DNA of 64,000 nucleotides from Gloeobacterales cyanobacterium (GTDB lineage Bacteria; Cyanobacteriota; Cyanobacteriia; Gloeobacterales; PMM-0068): NCBI GenBank assembly GCA_038245785.1, contig JBBRSB010000014.1, positions 1 to 64,000 of the forward strand, read 5' to 3'. Shown piece by piece: positions 61,362 to 64,000 of this stretch (position 1 is its first letter; each line of letters starts with the position of its first letter). The notes under the pieces were generated by a model. It saw only the letters and a program-made list of their open reading frames with translations, ran no database searches and was not told where the DNA came from. The position numbers and the translations under genes were made by a program.

Positions 61362-63617
61362 ATGCAAAATAAACTAAAGTGTGGTGTGCCTTCTCATGCT
61401 TCCGCTCAATTTTCAGTGCCAAAAATAGTGGAACAAGCGGGTTCAATGAAAGCAGGTCTCTCCGCGCTTTTGATGGCACTTTCTCTGAATATATTTGCAG
61501 TTGCCAACCCAACACTTGCACAAGAAAAACCGAACACGACCCATCCGAAAGTAATCTTAATTTCTCTAGATGGTGCAACGCCACGACTATTGAATCAATA
61601 TTTGGAAGATGGCTCTATTCCTCAAAATGAAGGATTAGGACTCTTGAAAAATAAGGGAGTAGTGGCAGACCAAAATATAACCTGTAGTCCCTCCCTCACT
61701 GCTGCTTGCCATATTGCTATTGGGACAGGTTCGACTTCTGCTCGTAATGATATTAATGCTAATAGCTTTCATCTTGTGGCTAGCCCTTTCAATCAAAATA
61801 TCAGTGGTTTTGCTGCTCCTATTGGTGGCTATACCTTTGATATTCATGGCCCAGCGGAGAGTGCGGAGCCCACATCGAATCCACTTTGGTTAGCGTTACA
61901 TGCTCAGGGCAAGAAAGTGATTGCGGCTACCTTTCCCGGAGCCGATGGTATAGATGTTCAAGTTCCAGGATTAGCCAATAGCCCAATCATCCAAGGAGCT
62001 GCTCGGCGGACCGTAGACTATACGGTGCCCTTTGGCACATTTGGGGGTGCGGGGGCTAAAGGATTTAGCCTGACCAATACTGACTTTAATACGGCACCAG
62101 AGACTACTACAACTCAGCTCAATAGCATTGGGAAAACCTCCTTTAGCCCAGTTCTCCAGAAGACTTCACCGCTCGATAGCTTCGCCATCAGTGGAGTAAA
62201 CTACACTATCCAAGTGGCGGCTCTGGATACAACGAACGATGGGCAGGCAAACTACGATACTTTAGCTTTCTTTGATACTAATCAGGGAATCAAAGGAGGG
62301 CCTGTTACGCTTCCTTCCACAGGTTCTGCTTTTGTCAAGGCTGGTGAAGAAGTTTCTAAACCTTTCTATTTAGAAGAAAGCACTAATCGCGTAGGCACAG
62401 GATTTTATGTAAGTACATTCTCCCCTGATCTTACTAAGGTCAATATTGCTCGCTATTCAGCTAATTTTATTCCTCGTCCTTCTACCATCCTTAAGGATGT
62501 AGATGATATTAATAACAACGTCGGGTTTTGGGCTCCGCAGCCGGATTTTCGAATTACAGAAAAACTCAGCCCAGGCTTTGACCGTTTCTCTGATAGAGAA
62601 TTGGAAGATATCTACGAAGATCAGGTGCGGACGTTTGTTGACTATCAGACACGGGTAGGTTTGCGGGCAATCCAACAGAATCCTGATGCAGACCTCGCCA
62701 TGCTTTATATCGAGCAACCAGATGGTTCTGGACATCAGTTTTTGATTTCCGATCCGCGCCAAGCAACCAATCCCTTAGACCCTTTATCGATCCGGGACCA
62801 TCAAGACCCAGCTAAAGTAGGGCGTTATCAAGGCTATGTGCGCACAGCCTATCAAGTAGCCAGTCAGGCGGTACAAAAAATCATTCAAGAGGTGGGTACT
62901 AACGCTGAAGGAGTTCCCAATAGCAATATCTTTGTTGTCTCCGACCACGGTTTTGCTCCTTTCCACACAGCCGTTAGTATAAATAACCTCTTAAAAAATA
63001 GTGGAATTGCTGAGCTGGCTGACTCTAACAAAGTGCGCGCTGTAGTTTCTGGGCCTGCGGTAAATATCTACATCAACCTGCAAGGCAGAGAACCGAATGG
63101 TACAGTGACTCGCGCTGAATATGTAACGCTGAAAAAAGAGATTGCCCGTGTCTTGAGAAATTCAGCCGATAGTAACCCAAACTACACCTTGGGCAATGCA
63201 TCTACAAAACTCTTTGACAAGGTTTATAGTCGGCCTGTGCCTGATTCGTTAACCGATCCTTCCTTTGGTTTGGGCATCAGTAGTTTTATTGGTCAAGATT
63301 CAGGTGATATTTTTGCAATTATGAGCTTAGGATACAACTTTGATGGTACTCAGACGCCTGTAGTTCAACGGTTGGGGGATGCTACCTCCACGAATCCAAT
63401 TTTTTCTGTTCCTAATTTTTACGGGGCCCACGGCTACGATCCCAAATTGCCAGAAATGAGTGCCATTTTCTATGCAGCTGGCCCAGATATTGGACATGGG
63501 ACACTCAATAAAGTCCGCAATATTGACGTTGCTCCAACGATTAGCCATCTTTTGGGAGTCCAGCCTGCTGCTACGGTACAGGGGCGTTCTCTACTCAAAA
63601 AATTGCGTTTCCGCTAA
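61362..63617 (+). CDS. alkaline phosphatase superfamily / nucleotide pyrophosphatase-phosphodiesterase, exported
   Basis: ILISLDG, PSLTAACH (Thr nucleophile), QPDGSGH, VSDHGF, GAHGYDP, NIDVAPT; start could be 61323, 61362 or 61446. Confidence 0.9.
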   Translation: MQNKLKCGVPSHASAQFSVPKIVEQAGSMKAGLSALLMALSLNIFAVANPTLAQEKPNTTHPKVILISLDGATPRLLNQYLEDGSIPQNEGLGLLKNKGVVADQNITCSPSLTAACHIAIGTGSTSARNDINANSFHLVASPFNQNISGFAAPIGGYTFDIHGPAESAEPTSNPLWLALHAQGKKVIAATFPGADGIDVQVPGLANSPIIQGAARRTVDYTVPFGTFGGAGAKGFSLTNTDFNTAPETTTTQLNSIGKTSFSPVLQKTSPLDSFAISGVNYTIQVAALDTTNDGQANYDTLAFFDTNQGIKGGPVTLPSTGSAFVKAGEEVSKPFYLEESTNRVGTGFYVSTFSPDLTKVNIARYSANFIPRPSTILKDVDDINNNVGFWAPQPDFRITEKLSPGFDRFSDRELEDIYEDQVRTFVDYQTRVGLRAIQQNPDADLAMLYIEQPDGSGHQFLISDPRQATNPLDPLSIRDHQDPAKVGRYQGYVRTAYQVASQAVQKIIQEVGTNAEGVPNSNIFVVSDHGFAPFHTAVSINNLLKNSGIAELADSNKVRAVVSGPAVNIYINLQGREPNGTVTRAEYVTLKKEIARVLRNSADSNPNYTLGNASTKLFDKVYSRPVPDSLTDPSFGLGISSFIGQDSGDIFAIMSLGYNFDGTQTPVVQRLGDATSTNPIFSVPNFYGAHGYDPKLPEMSAIFYAAGPDIGHGTLNKVRNIDVAPTISHLLGVQPAATVQGRSLLKKLRFR

Positions 63618-63742
63618 GGCAAAAACCTGCATTTTTACAGAATGCGATTCCTGCAACTAAAGTTTATGTTGGTCTTTGCTGTCCTAGGCTTTTAGAATTT
63701 CAGTAGACCTGAATTCTTATTTACGCCTGGGAGTCATATCTA

Positions 63743-64000
63743 TTGAAAGACTGGGGCAAACGGCTCATTCTGATAACACTCCTATTGTCACTGCCTGCCT
63801 GTACCAATGCGCTCCAGAATGGGGAGAAAGTGACGGCGACCACCTCTAACACAGAGGACCTTCCTTTGGTGGATGTGGCCATTGCCCGCACAGGCTCCCT
63901 GGGCCGAGTACAGGAATATGTGGGTACGACCCTACCGCTGCAGGAAGCCACGATGCGGGTTCAGGTTGCAGGACAGCTAAAAAGTTTGGCTGTGGATGTA
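63743..64000 (+). CDS. RND efflux periplasmic adaptor (membrane fusion protein), 5' part only
   Basis: TTG start; MKDWGKRLILITLLLSLPAC lipobox, VDVAIARTGSL..EYVGTT.P......QVAGQLKSLAVDV runs off the window. Confidence 0.8.
   Translation, partial: MKDWGKRLILITLLLSLPACTNALQNGEKVTATTSNTEDLPLVDVAIARTGSLGRVQEYVGTTLPLQEATMRVQVAGQLKSLAVDV

Overview
Cyanobacterial chromosome segment. It is most likely from the thylakoid-less Gloeobacterales lineage, inferred from a short Gloeobacter-type PsaL with no psaI beside it, rpoC1-rpoC2 detached from rpoB, and apparent scarcity of the HIP1 octamer. Most of the window is housekeeping: gcvP end, sdhAB plus a CCG/HdrB-type subunit, gdhA, purT, ndhH, rpoC1/C2, pgsA, photolyase, CIRCE-groES-groEL, pilT, metF, pgi, rplS, ald, ndhS, psaL, nnr, tpiA. 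Two small AT-richer accessory islands stand out. Island 1 (~34.8-38.0 kb, between metF and pgi) carries an AraC regulator, a 21-bp-period direct-repeat operator, a secreted protein fusing a cyanovirin-N-like lectin to a polymorphic-toxin-like C-terminal domain, a small acidic immunity-like ORF and a decayed WD40 gene. This is a candidate glycan-targeted toxin/immunity system. Island 2 (~50.7-53.4 kb) carries a three-gene module resembling a chaperone/antitoxin/ADP-ribosyltransferase-like toxin cassette (toxin headless or reached by stop readthrough), a Uma2 remnant, a 161-bp ISL3-type MITE with 8-bp target duplication and a HEPN-motif/zinc-ribbon protein. This is a candidate defence island. 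Family assignments come from motif recognition by eye, not database searches. No rRNA, tRNA or CRISPR array was seen.
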